Positions 50,313-59,986 are shown, numbered from the stretch's first letter. The stretch is 64,000 bases of DNA from an uncultured Peptostreptococcaceae bacterium (GCA_964617505.1 CAZTZB010000002.1:24501-88500), one strand, 5' to 3'. The notes: generated from the sequence alone by a model not told the origin. Made by a program: numbers and translations.

Positions 50313-51161
50313 CTATTTTGTATAGTCGTAAAATCCCTTGCCTGTTTTTCTTCCCAAAAGATTGGCACGGCACATTTTTCTAAGTAGAGGATGTGCTCTG
50401 TATTTTGGATCTCCATATTCCTCATATAGAACTTCCATTATAGCTAGGTTTACATCGTTTCCTATCAGGTCGGCAAGAGCCAATGGTCCAATGGGATGGT
50501 TAGCGCCAAGCTTCATGGCATCATCAATATCTTCGGCTGTTGCAACTCCGTCTGCAAGAATGCCAACAGCTTCATTTATCATTGGGACAAGAATTCTATT
50601 TACTACAAATCCGGGAGCCTCATTCACTTCTACTGGAGATTTCCCTAATTCCTTAGCCAATCCAAGAACAGTGGCGCAAGTTTCATCCGACGTTAGCATT
50701 CCGCGAATTACTTCCACCAATTTCATTACTGGAACCGGATTGAAAAAATGCATTCCTATTATGTTTGCCGGTCTGCCTGTTACACTTGCTACATCGGTTA
50801 TCGACAAGGATGATGTATTGGTTGCCAAAATAGCTCCCTCTTTGACAATTCCATCAATCTCTTCAAAGATTTTTTTCTTTATAACCATATTTTCAGTAGC
50901 CGCCTCAACTACGAGGTCGCAATCTGCCAAAGCTTGAACATCTGTTGTTTGATGAATTCTTGCAAGAATCGCTTTCTTTTCAGCCTCGTCAATTTTTTCT
51001 TTCTTGACAAGTCTTCCCAAGCTTTTTTCTATGCCCGCCATGCCTTTTTCAAGAAATTCCTGCTTTAAATCGCGGTTCACAACTTCAAATCCTTTTGAAG
51101 CAAAAGCCTGAGTAATTCCAGACCCCATAGTTCCCGCTCCGATAACGCCTATCTTCATCAT
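50313..51161 (-). CDS. hbd: 3-hydroxybutyryl-CoA dehydrogenase
   Basis: [13 protein letters not shown] Rossmann motif, 3HCDH N and C domains, and the C-terminal [11 protein letters not shown]. Confidence 0.92.
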   Translation of the reverse strand: MMKIGVIGAGTMGSGITQAFASKGFEVVNRDLKQEFLEKGMAGIEKSLGRLVKKEKIDEAEKKAILARIHQTTDVQALADCDLVVEAATENMVIKKKIFEEIDGIVKEGAILATNTSSLSITDVASVTGRPANIIGMHFFNPVPVMKLVEVIRGMLTSDETCATVLGLAKELGKSPVEVNEAPGFVVNRILVPMINEAVGILADGVATAEDIDDAMKLGANHPIGPLALADLIGNDVNLAIMEVLYEEYGDPKYRAHPLLRKMCRANLLGRKTGKGFYDYTK

Positions 51162-51205
51162 ATTAAGCCTCCCTTAATTATGTATTTGCTTTACGCGTAT
51201 ATTTA

Positions 51206-51223
51206 TAGCAATTTTCATACCAA
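51206..51223 (-). promoter_or_regulatory. Sigma-54 (-24/-12) promoter of the hbd-thlA-thiolase operon
   Basis: Minus strand reads TTGGTATGAAAATTGCTA, i.e. TGGTAT-N5-TTGCT with correct GG..GC spacing, about 45 nt upstream of the hbd ATG. Confidence 0.65.
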
Positions 51224-51296
51224 TAATGTATATTGTTATATATGGCTCTTAGCCACACTCCCAGCTCACGCCCACAAAAACTATGGCTAAATTCTG

Positions 51297-51330
51297 TGTA
51301 CATCTTTACGACATGTACACATTGTGTACA
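51297..51330 (-). promoter_or_regulatory. Candidate enhancer (UAS) upstream of the hbd sigma-54 promoter
   Basis: TGTGTACA-N11-TGTACACA inverted repeat and the near-palindrome TGTACACATTGTGTACA. It shares ACATGTACACATT with 45876-45888. Confidence 0.5.
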
Positions 51331-51517
51331 TTATTTAGGAATTATAAATTTGTTGTTTTGCAATTTTGCTTATTCATTATTTCATTTTTAATATGATATA
51401 GTCTTTATTACGGGACTTCACACAAGCTTATTAAACGTCTTTGTCTATTTGGCATCTATATTGCATTAATAAAAAGCATCTTAAATACCTACAGGAATAT
51501 GGCAAAAGGAGAACCCA

Positions 51518-51988
51518 ATGAATAATTTTGAAACCTTAAGAGTAAAACTTTCAAAAGAATATATCGACGATAAAATAATGGAAATGAAACATTTCGGATG
51601 GAAAGTAAAAGAAAAGGAAGACAGCAATAAAAGAGGAAAGGCATATATCCGCACTAAAAATAGCTCTCCTGTTCCAATCCTAGTTAGGGGCGTCTTTTAT
51701 AGCACCGTAACCTTCAAGAGGCAAAAAGACCACAAACCAAAAGATGAAGAGATTCTAGCATTAGAACAAGAATATAGAAAACCCGGAATGTTCCCGGATT
51801 TAAGTATTCCAATCCTTTTCACAATAATCTGCTTGCTGGGATCAGCCATGAGGATAGACTGGGTTTATTATGTAGGTACGGTTTTGGGTCTTGTTTGGAT
51901 TTATTTTAGCTACCGGAAACGAAAACAAACAAAAGAAAATTACATTAATCTTAAAAAACGCATAGAAAAAACTTTTTCACTAAATTAA
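51518..51988 (+). CDS. Hypothetical membrane protein (156 aa)
   Basis: AAAGGAGAA SD. An N-terminal soluble part is followed by two TM segments. I recognised no family. Confidence 0.5.
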   Translation: MNNFETLRVKLSKEYIDDKIMEMKHFGWKVKEKEDSNKRGKAYIRTKNSSPVPILVRGVFYSTVTFKRQKDHKPKDEEILALEQEYRKPGMFPDLSIPILFTIICLLGSAMRIDWVYYVGTVLGLVWIYFSYRKRKQTKENYINLKKRIEKTFSLN

Positions 51989-51991
51989 AAA

Positions 51992-52019
51992 AATTCCGCC
52001 CTTAAGGCGGAATTTTTTT
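51992..52019. terminator. Bidirectional terminator between convergent genes
   Basis: AATTCCGCC-CTTAA-GGCGGAATT, flanked by an A-run on one side and a T-run on the other. Confidence 0.78.
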
Positions 52020-52023
52020 CGCA

Positions 52024-53424
52024 TCAAACAGGATAGACGCTTTCCTTCTGATTTCCAATTGTATCGTCCAATCCATACTTTAGAACCCTGCGTTCCTTAA
52101 AGTACTCCATAGCCACTTGAGGAAAAAGCGCATAAGAAAGGACATCCTCTTCCTTCTCCATATAGCCCTTTATCTCCTTCCTCGCCGCCTCGTACTGCGG
52201 GGAAATCAAATCGGCAGGTCGACAGCTAATGATTTCTTCATTTCCTATGATTTTTTTCCTTATTGACTCGCTTATTTCAAGAGTCGGCTTGCCGTACATA
52301 CCCCTAACGTATGCCTTCACTTCCTTGGGTATTACCTTATATCTTTCTCCCATTACTACATTTAACACAGCTTGTGTCCCTACTATCTGGCTCGTAGGTG
52401 TAACTAGCGGAGGATATCCGAGATCCTCTCGTACTCTTGGAATTTCCTTTAAAACCTCATCAAACTTATTCATTTCATTTTGCATCTTAAGCTGGCTTAC
52501 CAGATTCGACAGCATGCCTCCAGGCACCTGGTAGACCAAGGCCTTTATATTTACCTCAAGAACCTTGGGGTCAAGCAGTCCCTCTTTCATATACCTTTCC
52601 TTTATGGGATTGAAGTATTCGGCTATAGAGTTTAAGCTATTCATATTAAGACCCGTGTCGTACTGCGTACCTATAAGCGTTGCCACCATAGATTCCGTGG
52701 GCGGTTGGCTGGTCCCCCTTGAAAATGGTGAAATTGCCGTATCAACCATGTCGGCTCCAGCCTCGATTGCCTTTAGGTAGGTCATCGAAGCCAGCCCGCT
52801 TGTTTCATGTGAATGCACCTGCAAAGGCAGATTGACCTCGTCTTTAATGGCTCTCACCAATTCATATGCGCAGTAGGGTGTCAAAAGGCCGGCCATGTCC
52901 TTTATGCATATTGAATCGGCTCCCATTTCAGCCATCTCTTTTGCCAATTGAACATACATTGACCTTGTGTGAACCGGGCTTACCGTATATGAAATAGCCG
53001 CCTGAGCATGGGCGTTTTCCACCTTTGCGGTTTCCATAGCCTTCCTTATGTTCCTAGTATCGTTTAATGCATCAAATATTCTTATTATATCTATGCCTCC
53101 GTAAACGGCTCTCTTTACAAACTCCTCAACAATGTCGTCCGAATAGTGCTTGTAGCCTAGAAGATTCTGCCCTCGCAGAAGCATCTGCAACTTCGTATTC
53201 TTAACCATGCTCCTTATTTTCTTCAAACGGTCCCATGGATCCTCGGAAAGAAAACGCATGCTTGAGTCAAATGTAGCGCCTCCCCACATTTCTATCGAGT
53301 GGTAGCCTGCTTGGTCCATTTTTTTTAGTATGGGCTCCATCTCATCTGTTCTCATCCTAGTAGCAATTAGCGATTGATGAGCATCTCTCAAAACAGTTTC
53401 AGTTATCCCAACAGCTTTCGCCAT
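52024..53424 (-). CDS. Carboxyltransferase (oxaloacetate decarboxylase alpha / 5S transcarboxylase-like) lacking a biotinyl domain
   Basis: ITETVLRDAHQSL and the HMGL-like TIM barrel, including HSHETSG. The protein ends after the PYC_OADA region with no AMKM motif. The start at MAKAVG follows AAGGAGG. Confidence 0.82.
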   Translation of the reverse strand: MAKAVGITETVLRDAHQSLIATRMRTDEMEPILKKMDQAGYHSIEMWGGATFDSSMRFLSEDPWDRLKKIRSMVKNTKLQMLLRGQNLLGYKHYSDDIVEEFVKRAVYGGIDIIRIFDALNDTRNIRKAMETAKVENAHAQAAISYTVSPVHTRSMYVQLAKEMAEMGADSICIKDMAGLLTPYCAYELVRAIKDEVNLPLQVHSHETSGLASMTYLKAIEAGADMVDTAISPFSRGTSQPPTESMVATLIGTQYDTGLNMNSLNSIAEYFNPIKERYMKEGLLDPKVLEVNIKALVYQVPGGMLSNLVSQLKMQNEMNKFDEVLKEIPRVREDLGYPPLVTPTSQIVGTQAVLNVVMGERYKVIPKEVKAYVRGMYGKPTLEISESIRKKIIGNEEIISCRPADLISPQYEAARKEIKGYMEKEEDVLSYALFPQVAMEYFKERRVLKYGLDDTIGNQKESVYPV

Positions 53425-53623
53425 GGCAGCCTCCTTGAAAACCAATTCCTTCATTGTTGTGTTTACTACATTGTATTTCATTTTTGTAGTAATTACAATA
53501 TTTCGGGCAAGCTATATATGTTTTTTTCTCTGAACACTTTAAAACGCAAGAAAAGGCGGTGCCATCCCGCGGCCCGCCTTTATCTGTATATTTTGTATTA
53601 ATAGACTTTAATTTGCTTCCTAA

Positions 53624-54490
53624 TTATAAATACATGTCGAACATTTCGAAACCTTCTATTGTTTTCTTCAGATTCCTATACACGAATTCTTTATTTTTCT
53701 CAAGCAATTTGACAAGGAGTATGTTGCACAGCTCCAGAGTAACAATATGGGAATTGAAAAAGCCTGTATTGTCGGTTTCAACAACGAATGAAATGTCGCT
53801 TTTCATTCCTATAGGAGAAAGCTCTCTATCTGTAATTGAAATCACTGACGCGCCCTTTTCTACAGCGAACCGCACGGCATTCAAAGTAGTTTTTGAATAC
53901 CTCGGAAAACTTCCTGCGATCAAAAGATCTCCCTCATGCACTGCTCCCAGCTTTTCTATGTTTTCAAGGCCTCCCTCGGTTATTGAAACAACCTTAAAGC
54001 CCATCCGCCTCATATGCATAAGCAAAAAGTCCATCGCAAGCGCGCCGTCGTGCAACCCAATAAAATATATCGTATCCGAGGCATATATAAGCTCCACGGT
54101 CTTTTCTATTTTTTCGATGCTTATTTCAAGAATAAAAGCCTGTAGATTCTTCAAATCCCGCTCGGCAACCCGAAGTCCCATATCGCCTGAATCCTTAAGG
54201 TCCGAAAGGCTTTTAAGAACACGCTCATCAGGGGTGGCTATTTGCCTTGTTTCCACTATTATTGCGTTCTTCAAGTCGCTATACCCTTCATACCCTATGG
54301 ACCTGGCGAACCTGATTATTGTAGCATCTGAAAATCCGGCCCTTTCACCCAGTTCGCTTGCAGAAAGGAAAGGAACCTCCTCGATATGGTCAATCATATA
54401 TTTTCCTATGCTTTTCTGGCTCCCTGTTAGGCTTTCATAGTTTTCTTTGAGTCTCTCAAGTACATACTTTTCTCTTTTTGTTTTTTTCAT
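53624..54490 (-). CDS. MurR/RpiR-family transcriptional regulator (HTH_6 + SIS)
   Basis: N-terminal HTH (SASELGERAGFSDATIIRFARSIGYEGY) and a SIS domain. The long antisense ORF on the plus strand is a shadow ORF. Confidence 0.88.
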   Translation of the reverse strand: MKKTKREKYVLERLKENYESLTGSQKSIGKYMIDHIEEVPFLSASELGERAGFSDATIIRFARSIGYEGYSDLKNAIIVETRQIATPDERVLKSLSDLKDSGDMGLRVAERDLKNLQAFILEISIEKIEKTVELIYASDTIYFIGLHDGALAMDFLLMHMRRMGFKVVSITEGGLENIEKLGAVHEGDLLIAGSFPRYSKTTLNAVRFAVEKGASVISITDRELSPIGMKSDISFVVETDNTGFFNSHIVTLELCNILLVKLLEKNKEFVYRNLKKTIEGFEMFDMYL

Positions 54491-54507
54491 CCTAGCCCCC
54501 ATCTTGT

Positions 54508-55209
54508 TTATGCGAATATGCCAAGCGCTATCTCAATCATGTCTCTAAAGGTTTTTTCTCTCTCATCAGAGCTTGTAGATTCACCTGTAACTATGCTGTC
54601 GCTCACTGTTAGAATTGCAAGAGCCCTGGCTCCACGCCTCGCAGCTATAGTGTACAGCGCAGCCGCCTCCATTTCCACTCCCAAAACACCAAAGCTTGCC
54701 CAGGTCTTCCACTCTTCCGGGTTTTCCTTGTAGAAGATATCAGTGCTAAGTATGTTTCCAACCTTTACTTCTATCCCCTTTTTTCTTGCAGCTTCAACGG
54801 ACTTTTCAAGTAGCCCGTAGTCGGCACAGGCGGCATAGTTCATTCCTCCAAACCAGCGATTCATCATGCTTGAATCAGAGGATGCTGCCTGAGCGACAAT
54901 AACATCCCTGACCTTTATATTTTCTTGATAGGATCCGCAGGACCCCACCCTTATTAAATTCTTAACACCATATTCCTTTATCAGTTCTGTAGCATAGATT
55001 GAAATTGACGGCATTCCCATGCCGGTTCCCTGTACCGATATTCTTTTTCCCTTATAGCTTCCGGTATATCCGTACATTCCCCTTACATTGTTATAACAAA
55101 CAGCATCATCAAAAAAATTTTCGGCTATGAATTTTGCTCTCATTGGATCACCCGGCAAAAGAATTGTATCGGCTATATCCCCTTTTTTAGCTTCTATGTG
55201 CACGCTCAT
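54508..55209 (-). CDS. deoD: Purine nucleoside phosphorylase (hexameric DeoD type)
   Basis: [49 protein letters not shown]. Confidence 0.92.
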   Translation of the reverse strand: MSVHIEAKKGDIADTILLPGDPMRAKFIAENFFDDAVCYNNVRGMYGYTGSYKGKRISVQGTGMGMPSISIYATELIKEYGVKNLIRVGSCGSYQENIKVRDVIVAQAASSDSSMMNRWFGGMNYAACADYGLLEKSVEAARKKGIEVKVGNILSTDIFYKENPEEWKTWASFGVLGVEMEAAALYTIAARRGARALAILTVSDSIVTGESTSSDEREKTFRDMIEIALGIFA

Positions 55210-55279
55210 GAATTTCCTCCTTTAAAAGATTCCTATTGGCATTATATCACAGTTAGGATACTCACCGAACCTGCCATAT

Positions 55280-56377
55280 CTAGAACTTATCATAATAGAT
55301 ATGTTCCTCATTCATGCCCTTTTCAATTAACAGTTTTACTATGGCATCAATCATCACAGGGCTCCCGCATAGATACGCTTCCTTGTTTTCAATATGGTCA
55401 AGATGTCTCAGCAAAGGCTCGGTCACTCTTCCCCTCTCACCCTCCCAATCATCTTCTGGATCGATTCTGGAAAGCGCCGGAACAAATTCAAAATCGAATA
55501 GGCTCTCCTCAAGATTTTGCATCTTGTCCATGAAAAAGAGATCGTCTTTTGTTTTCGCCCCAAAAAAGAATGAGCATCTTCTATTTATCCCCGAGCTTTT
55601 CATGGCTCTTAGAATGGAAAGTATTGGCGCCATGCCCGTTCCTGCTGCAACCATTATCATTTCTCTTTCATTGTCCTTGTAAAAGAAATTTCCAAAAGGC
55701 CCGTTAAAGTTTACACTGTCCCCTTCTTTCAGGTATTTGTGTATATAGGTAGTACATACGCCTCCCTCTACATACCCTATTATTAGCTCAATAAAGTTTT
55801 TGTCATCAGGACAAGAGGCTATAGAATATGCCCTTTGAACCGATTCGTCACTCTCCGCATAGGGAGGTGCAACAAGCTGCACATATTGCCCCGGTTTGAA
55901 GTCAATTTCTCCTCCATCCACGATATCAAGTATCAAATGCTTGATTTGCGGAGTAATCTTTTCGATTTTCCTGACAATCGCCTTGTATTCTTTAACATTA
56001 AAAAGGTCTTCCGGAATTTCAATTTTTATAGGCTCCTTTACCTTAATCTGACATGCAAGACGTACACCCTCGCCTATTTCTTCAGCTGAAATTAGCCCCT
56101 CCTCCATAGGAAGTATTGCTCCCCCTCCCTCAATCACCTTGAGTTTGCAATATCCGCAGGTTCCTTTACCTCCGCATGCCGATGGAATAAATATCTTTTC
56201 GGATGACAATGCCGACAAAAGGCTATCTCCACCTCTTACTTCGAGTCTCTTTTTCCCATTTATTGTAATTTCAACTATTCCATAATCACCAACAGTCCGC
56301 TTGGCAAGCGTTAGAAGAAAAGCAAGGAATCCAGTGATTCCACACATTATGGCAACCGTAGATACAATGTCGTTCAT
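55280..56377 (-). CDS. nqrF: Na+-translocating NADH:quinone reductase subunit F-like (TM + 2Fe-2S + FAD/NAD)
   Basis: N-terminal TM, CGGKGTCGYC...C ferredoxin motif, RAYSIAS FAD motif and AAGTGMAP NAD motif. Confidence 0.85.
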   Translation of the reverse strand: MNDIVSTVAIMCGITGFLAFLLTLAKRTVGDYGIVEITINGKKRLEVRGGDSLLSALSSEKIFIPSACGGKGTCGYCKLKVIEGGGAILPMEEGLISAEEIGEGVRLACQIKVKEPIKIEIPEDLFNVKEYKAIVRKIEKITPQIKHLILDIVDGGEIDFKPGQYVQLVAPPYAESDESVQRAYSIASCPDDKNFIELIIGYVEGGVCTTYIHKYLKEGDSVNFNGPFGNFFYKDNEREMIMVAAGTGMAPILSILRAMKSSGINRRCSFFFGAKTKDDLFFMDKMQNLEESLFDFEFVPALSRIDPEDDWEGERGRVTEPLLRHLDHIENKEAYLCGSPVMIDAIVKLLIEKGMNEEHIYYDKF

Positions 56378-56390
56378 AGAATCCCCTCCC

Positions 56391-56981
56391 TCAAGATATC
56401 TGCATCATACCCGAAAAACCCATAAAGCCAAGAGCCATGAGCCCGGTTATTATCAATGTAATACCTGCCCCTCTTAGTCCTTTGGGAACCCGACTTTCGT
56501 TTAGACGCTTCTTTAAACCTGCCAATGCGACAATCGCCATTGTCCACCCAACACCGGAACCAAATCCAAATGCCAAGGATTGAACAAGGCTGTATCTTCG
56601 TATCACCATGAAAAGTGAGACACCCAAAATAGCGCAATTTACCGTTATTAGAGGAAGAAAAATTCCCAGAGCATGATGAAGTACCGGCAAATGCCTTTCA
56701 ACAATCATCTCAACCAATTGAACAAAGGCCGCTATGCTTATTATGAATACTATGTATCTTAGATACTCAAGACCCATCGGTATGAGCACATACTTGTATA
56801 GAAGATAATTTATTACGGTAGTGAATGTAAGCACAAATGTCACAGCCTGTCCCAATCCCAAGGAAGTCTTTATATCCTTTGAAACAGCTATGAATGAACA
56901 CATACCAAGAAAATTTGCCAAGATCATGTTGCTTGTAAATATTGATGCCGTAAACAAAACAAAAGGATTAAGTTCGCTCAC
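56391..56981 (-). CDS. nqrE: NQR subunit E
   Basis: [64 protein letters not shown]. From memory this is closer to Vibrio NqrE than to RnfA. Confidence 0.85.
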   Translation of the reverse strand: MSELNPFVLFTASIFTSNMILANFLGMCSFIAVSKDIKTSLGLGQAVTFVLTFTTVINYLLYKYVLIPMGLEYLRYIVFIISIAAFVQLVEMIVERHLPVLHHALGIFLPLITVNCAILGVSLFMVIRRYSLVQSLAFGFGSGVGWTMAIVALAGLKKRLNESRVPKGLRGAGITLIITGLMALGFMGFSGMMQIS

Positions 56982-57613
56982 CTGGCCTTCACCTCCTCAG
57001 CACTTTTAGAAAGCTCTTGTCTGTCCCTCAATGTATTAATTCCCCATACAACCAATGCGAGCATAAAGAAGGCTCCCGGGGGCATAATCATTATCACCCA
57101 GTTAACCCAGGAAGATCCCATCACAGGTATACCGAAAAGCGTTCCGAAGCCAAGAAGTTCTCTCGCGAAAGCCACTATAAGAAGCACTGCGGTATAGCCT
57201 ATGCCGTTAAAAATGCCGTCAATAAATGATATCATCGGCCTATTCTTCTGGGCAAACACCTCGCAGCGGCCCATTATGATGCAATTGGTTATGATAAGAC
57301 CAACATATGGACCTAGGGCCTTGCTTACATTCGGCAAGTAGGCCTTAAGATAAATGTCAACAATTATTACAAAAGCGGAAATTATTAAAACCTGAACCAT
57401 CATGCGTATATGCTTTGGCGTGTATTTCCTCAAAAGTGAAACTGTAAGCTCTGAGAAAGCCGTTACAAATATGAGCCCAAGGCCCATTACAAAAGCATTG
57501 CTCATACTATTTGTTACAGCAAGCGCGGAACAGATTCCCAAAACCTGTACCACAACAGGGTTTTCCTTCCATATTCCCATGACGAAAACATCCCTTGCCT
57601 TAACCTTGGCCAT
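56978..57613 (-). CDS. nqrD: NQR subunit D
   Basis: [40 protein letters not shown]. These are NqrD-like rather than RnfE-like strings. Confidence 0.85.
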   Translation of the reverse strand: MAKVKARDVFVMGIWKENPVVVQVLGICSALAVTNSMSNAFVMGLGLIFVTAFSELTVSLLRKYTPKHIRMMVQVLIISAFVIIVDIYLKAYLPNVSKALGPYVGLIITNCIIMGRCEVFAQKNRPMISFIDGIFNGIGYTAVLLIVAFARELLGFGTLFGIPVMGSSWVNWVIMIMPPGAFFMLALVVWGINTLRDRQELSKSAEEVKAR

Positions 57614-57614
57614 T

Positions 57615-58226
57615 TTACTCGCCTCCCTTCAATTCAACTATCTTGCTTCTTAAAAACGGGTTCAGTATATTAAGTACAGCCTTTGAGGTAGATGTGGCTC
57701 CGGAAATTGCATCAACATTGCCTCCCGGCTCAGGCCTATATTTAATCAAGTCGCCTTCCCTCGAATCCAACGCAACTCCTCTAAATTGTTCCCTATACCA
57801 CAGCTCTTCTATTCGTCCACCCAAACCAGGTGTTTCGCTCTGCTCAGTAAAAACCAAACCCTTAAGTGTTTTCATGTCATCTGAAATAGAAATAAAACCA
57901 TTTATCTCTCCCCAAAGTCCGCTTCCGCTAAAGAATAGGGCCACATCGCCCGTTTTTTTAGCAACATAACCATAATCCTCTTCTATGACCTGCTCGTCGT
58001 ATGCAGCCAGAATACCGTCAAAGGATGCATCATTATCTATACCAAGGACATACAATATGCTTTCCTTTTCTTTTATTTCACTAGCTCTCTTTATTGTTTC
58101 TCTTGTAGAATCATTTAGGTATGCCAATACCGATATGAAAACAAGTGTAACAATTACCATAAAAATCACTGGATAGTAATATGTTTCCTGTAATGGTCTT
58201 TTTGCTTTATCCCTTTCTTCCCTCAT
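57615..58226 (-). CDS. nqrC: NQR subunit C (covalent-FMN subunit)
   Basis: Single N-terminal TM and an FMN_bind domain with the attachment motif ISGATSTS. Confidence 0.8.
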   Translation of the reverse strand: MREERDKAKRPLQETYYYPVIFMVIVTLVFISVLAYLNDSTRETIKRASEIKEKESILYVLGIDNDASFDGILAAYDEQVIEEDYGYVAKKTGDVALFFSGSGLWGEINGFISISDDMKTLKGLVFTEQSETPGLGGRIEELWYREQFRGVALDSREGDLIKYRPEPGGNVDAISGATSTSKAVLNILNPFLRSKIVELKGGE

Positions 58227-59185
58227 GAAGCAATCACCTTCTTTGCTCTTTTTTCAAAGTAACGCACCCCTTCATCTATAAGTGGTCCGAAGGTGTTTCC
58301 AATAAGTATCGCGAAGGTTGTTCCCTCCGAAAAAAGACCGTATCCTCTAATTATTACCACAATTGATCCTATTAAAAATCCGTATATCAGCTTGCCTTTT
58401 GATGTTTTTGGCGCCGAAATAGGCTCAGTTATTATAAAGACCATTGTAAAAAGAAAGGAACCTGAAAGCAGCCCATATAGTGGATTTGCTACAATTTCAG
58501 GTTGGATCAGACTTAAAGCAGAGGACAGCCCAATAAAACCGGTCGCCATTCCCACCATCAGTCTCCAGTCAGCCACCTTTGTCTTAATAAGATAGACCGC
58601 AGCAATCATAATAAGAATTGCGCTTGTTTCTCCCATAGAACCTGCAATATTCCCTATTATCAGCTTGGAATAAGGGAGCATTTCTCCCGCGTTCTTGAAA
58701 AGTGCAAGCGGCGTAGCTGTTGAAACACCTTGAATATTAGCCCCCAAATATGATGAAAACCCTCCAAAACTGCCCTGAACCGCTTCTGTCCATTCCGCGT
58801 TTAACGGCTTTGAGAATGATATGTACACAAAAGCTCTACCCGCTATTGCAGGGTTAAAAAGATTTGTTCCAAAGCCACCGAATACCATTTTGCCAAAAGC
58901 CATCCCGAAAGAAACCCCTACCGCCGCAATCCAAAACGGCGTTTTAGGTGGAAGAGAAAGGGCAAAAATAAGTCCTGTCACCAATGCGGCCTCAGATATC
59001 TTCCCTCCCTTATTTCTAACGAAAAGCCATTCAACAAGGCAAGCAAACAGAATGGAGATCCCCATAAGAAGCAAGCTCCTTATGCCAAAAAACCAAATCG
59101 CTCCTATTGCAACGGGTGCAAGCGCAAAAATAACCCTTTCCATCATCTTCTGCTTCATGAAATGCTTTCTGTATAAATCCGTCAT
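58223..59185 (-). CDS. nqrB: NQR subunit B (short form, about 320 aa)
   Basis: NLFNPAIAGRAF and the flavinylation-type motif GVSTATPL. The start at MTDLYRK follows GGAGGG. No upstream nqrA/rnfC is present. Confidence 0.82.
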   Translation of the reverse strand: MTDLYRKHFMKQKMMERVIFALAPVAIGAIWFFGIRSLLLMGISILFACLVEWLFVRNKGGKISEAALVTGLIFALSLPPKTPFWIAAVGVSFGMAFGKMVFGGFGTNLFNPAIAGRAFVYISFSKPLNAEWTEAVQGSFGGFSSYLGANIQGVSTATPLALFKNAGEMLPYSKLIIGNIAGSMGETSAILIMIAAVYLIKTKVADWRLMVGMATGFIGLSSALSLIQPEIVANPLYGLLSGSFLFTMVFIITEPISAPKTSKGKLIYGFLIGSIVVIIRGYGLFSEGTTFAILIGNTFGPLIDEGVRYFEKRAKKVIAS

Positions 59186-59323
59186 CTTTTCCCTCCGCAT
59201 CAAATAATATTATTCAACTATTTATATTTGATACCCAATTGGCTTTAAGGCTTAACAATCCTTTTCTTTTTTAAACATCCGCTTTAATGTATAATATCAT
59301 TGAAGCAAAAGGAGGCCACCCAA

Positions 59324-59986
59324 ATGATTAAAACAATTCTTTTCGATTTTGACGGCACACTTGTCAACACAAACGAAATCATCAAGCTGACACTAAACGA
59401 AATATCAATAAAGTACGCAGGCAGAGAGCTTGCAGAAAAAGACTTCGACGATATGCTCGGTAAACCGCTAAAAGACCAAATGGCACAAATATACGGCCTA
59501 AACGGTCATGAATTAGAATCAAAATATCCGGAATTCTTAGCTCTTTACCGCGAACTCTACAATAGCCGCAGAGAGGATCTTACAAAAGAATTCGTAGGAA
59601 TTCGTGAAATGTTGGAGGCCCTTCAAAGCAAAGGCTTTTCGATGGGAATAGTTTCAAGCAAGGGAACTGGTGGAATACGCCACGGCCTTGAAAAATTCGG
59701 TTTATCAAAGTATTTCAGCCTAGTACTTTCAAAATACGATGTGGAAAATAGCAAGCCTAATCCGGAAGGACTTTTAAAGGCCATGAAAGCCTTGGATTCC
59801 AATACTGGGAATACCATCTTCGTAGGAGACAGCAGGCACGATTTGCTTGCCGCAAAAAACGCGGGAGTCCCCTTCGTACTTGTTGCATGGACCATAGCGG
59901 GCTATGCAAAACTTAAGGCAATGGATCCAGAATATATAATTGAGCGCCCTATGGAACTGATTAACATCATTAAAGCCTGTGAATAA
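59324..59986 (+). CDS. HAD-superfamily phosphatase (PpaX/phosphoglycolate phosphatase-like)
   Basis: The start at MIKTILFDFDGTL (DxDGT motif) follows AAGGAGG. Also SSKG and GDSRHD. Confidence 0.85.
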   Translation: MIKTILFDFDGTLVNTNEIIKLTLNEISIKYAGRELAEKDFDDMLGKPLKDQMAQIYGLNGHELESKYPEFLALYRELYNSRREDLTKEFVGIREMLEALQSKGFSMGIVSSKGTGGIRHGLEKFGLSKYFSLVLSKYDVENSKPNPEGLLKAMKALDSNTGNTIFVGDSRHDLLAAKNAGVPFVLVAWTIAGYAKLKAMDPEYIIERPMELINIIKACE

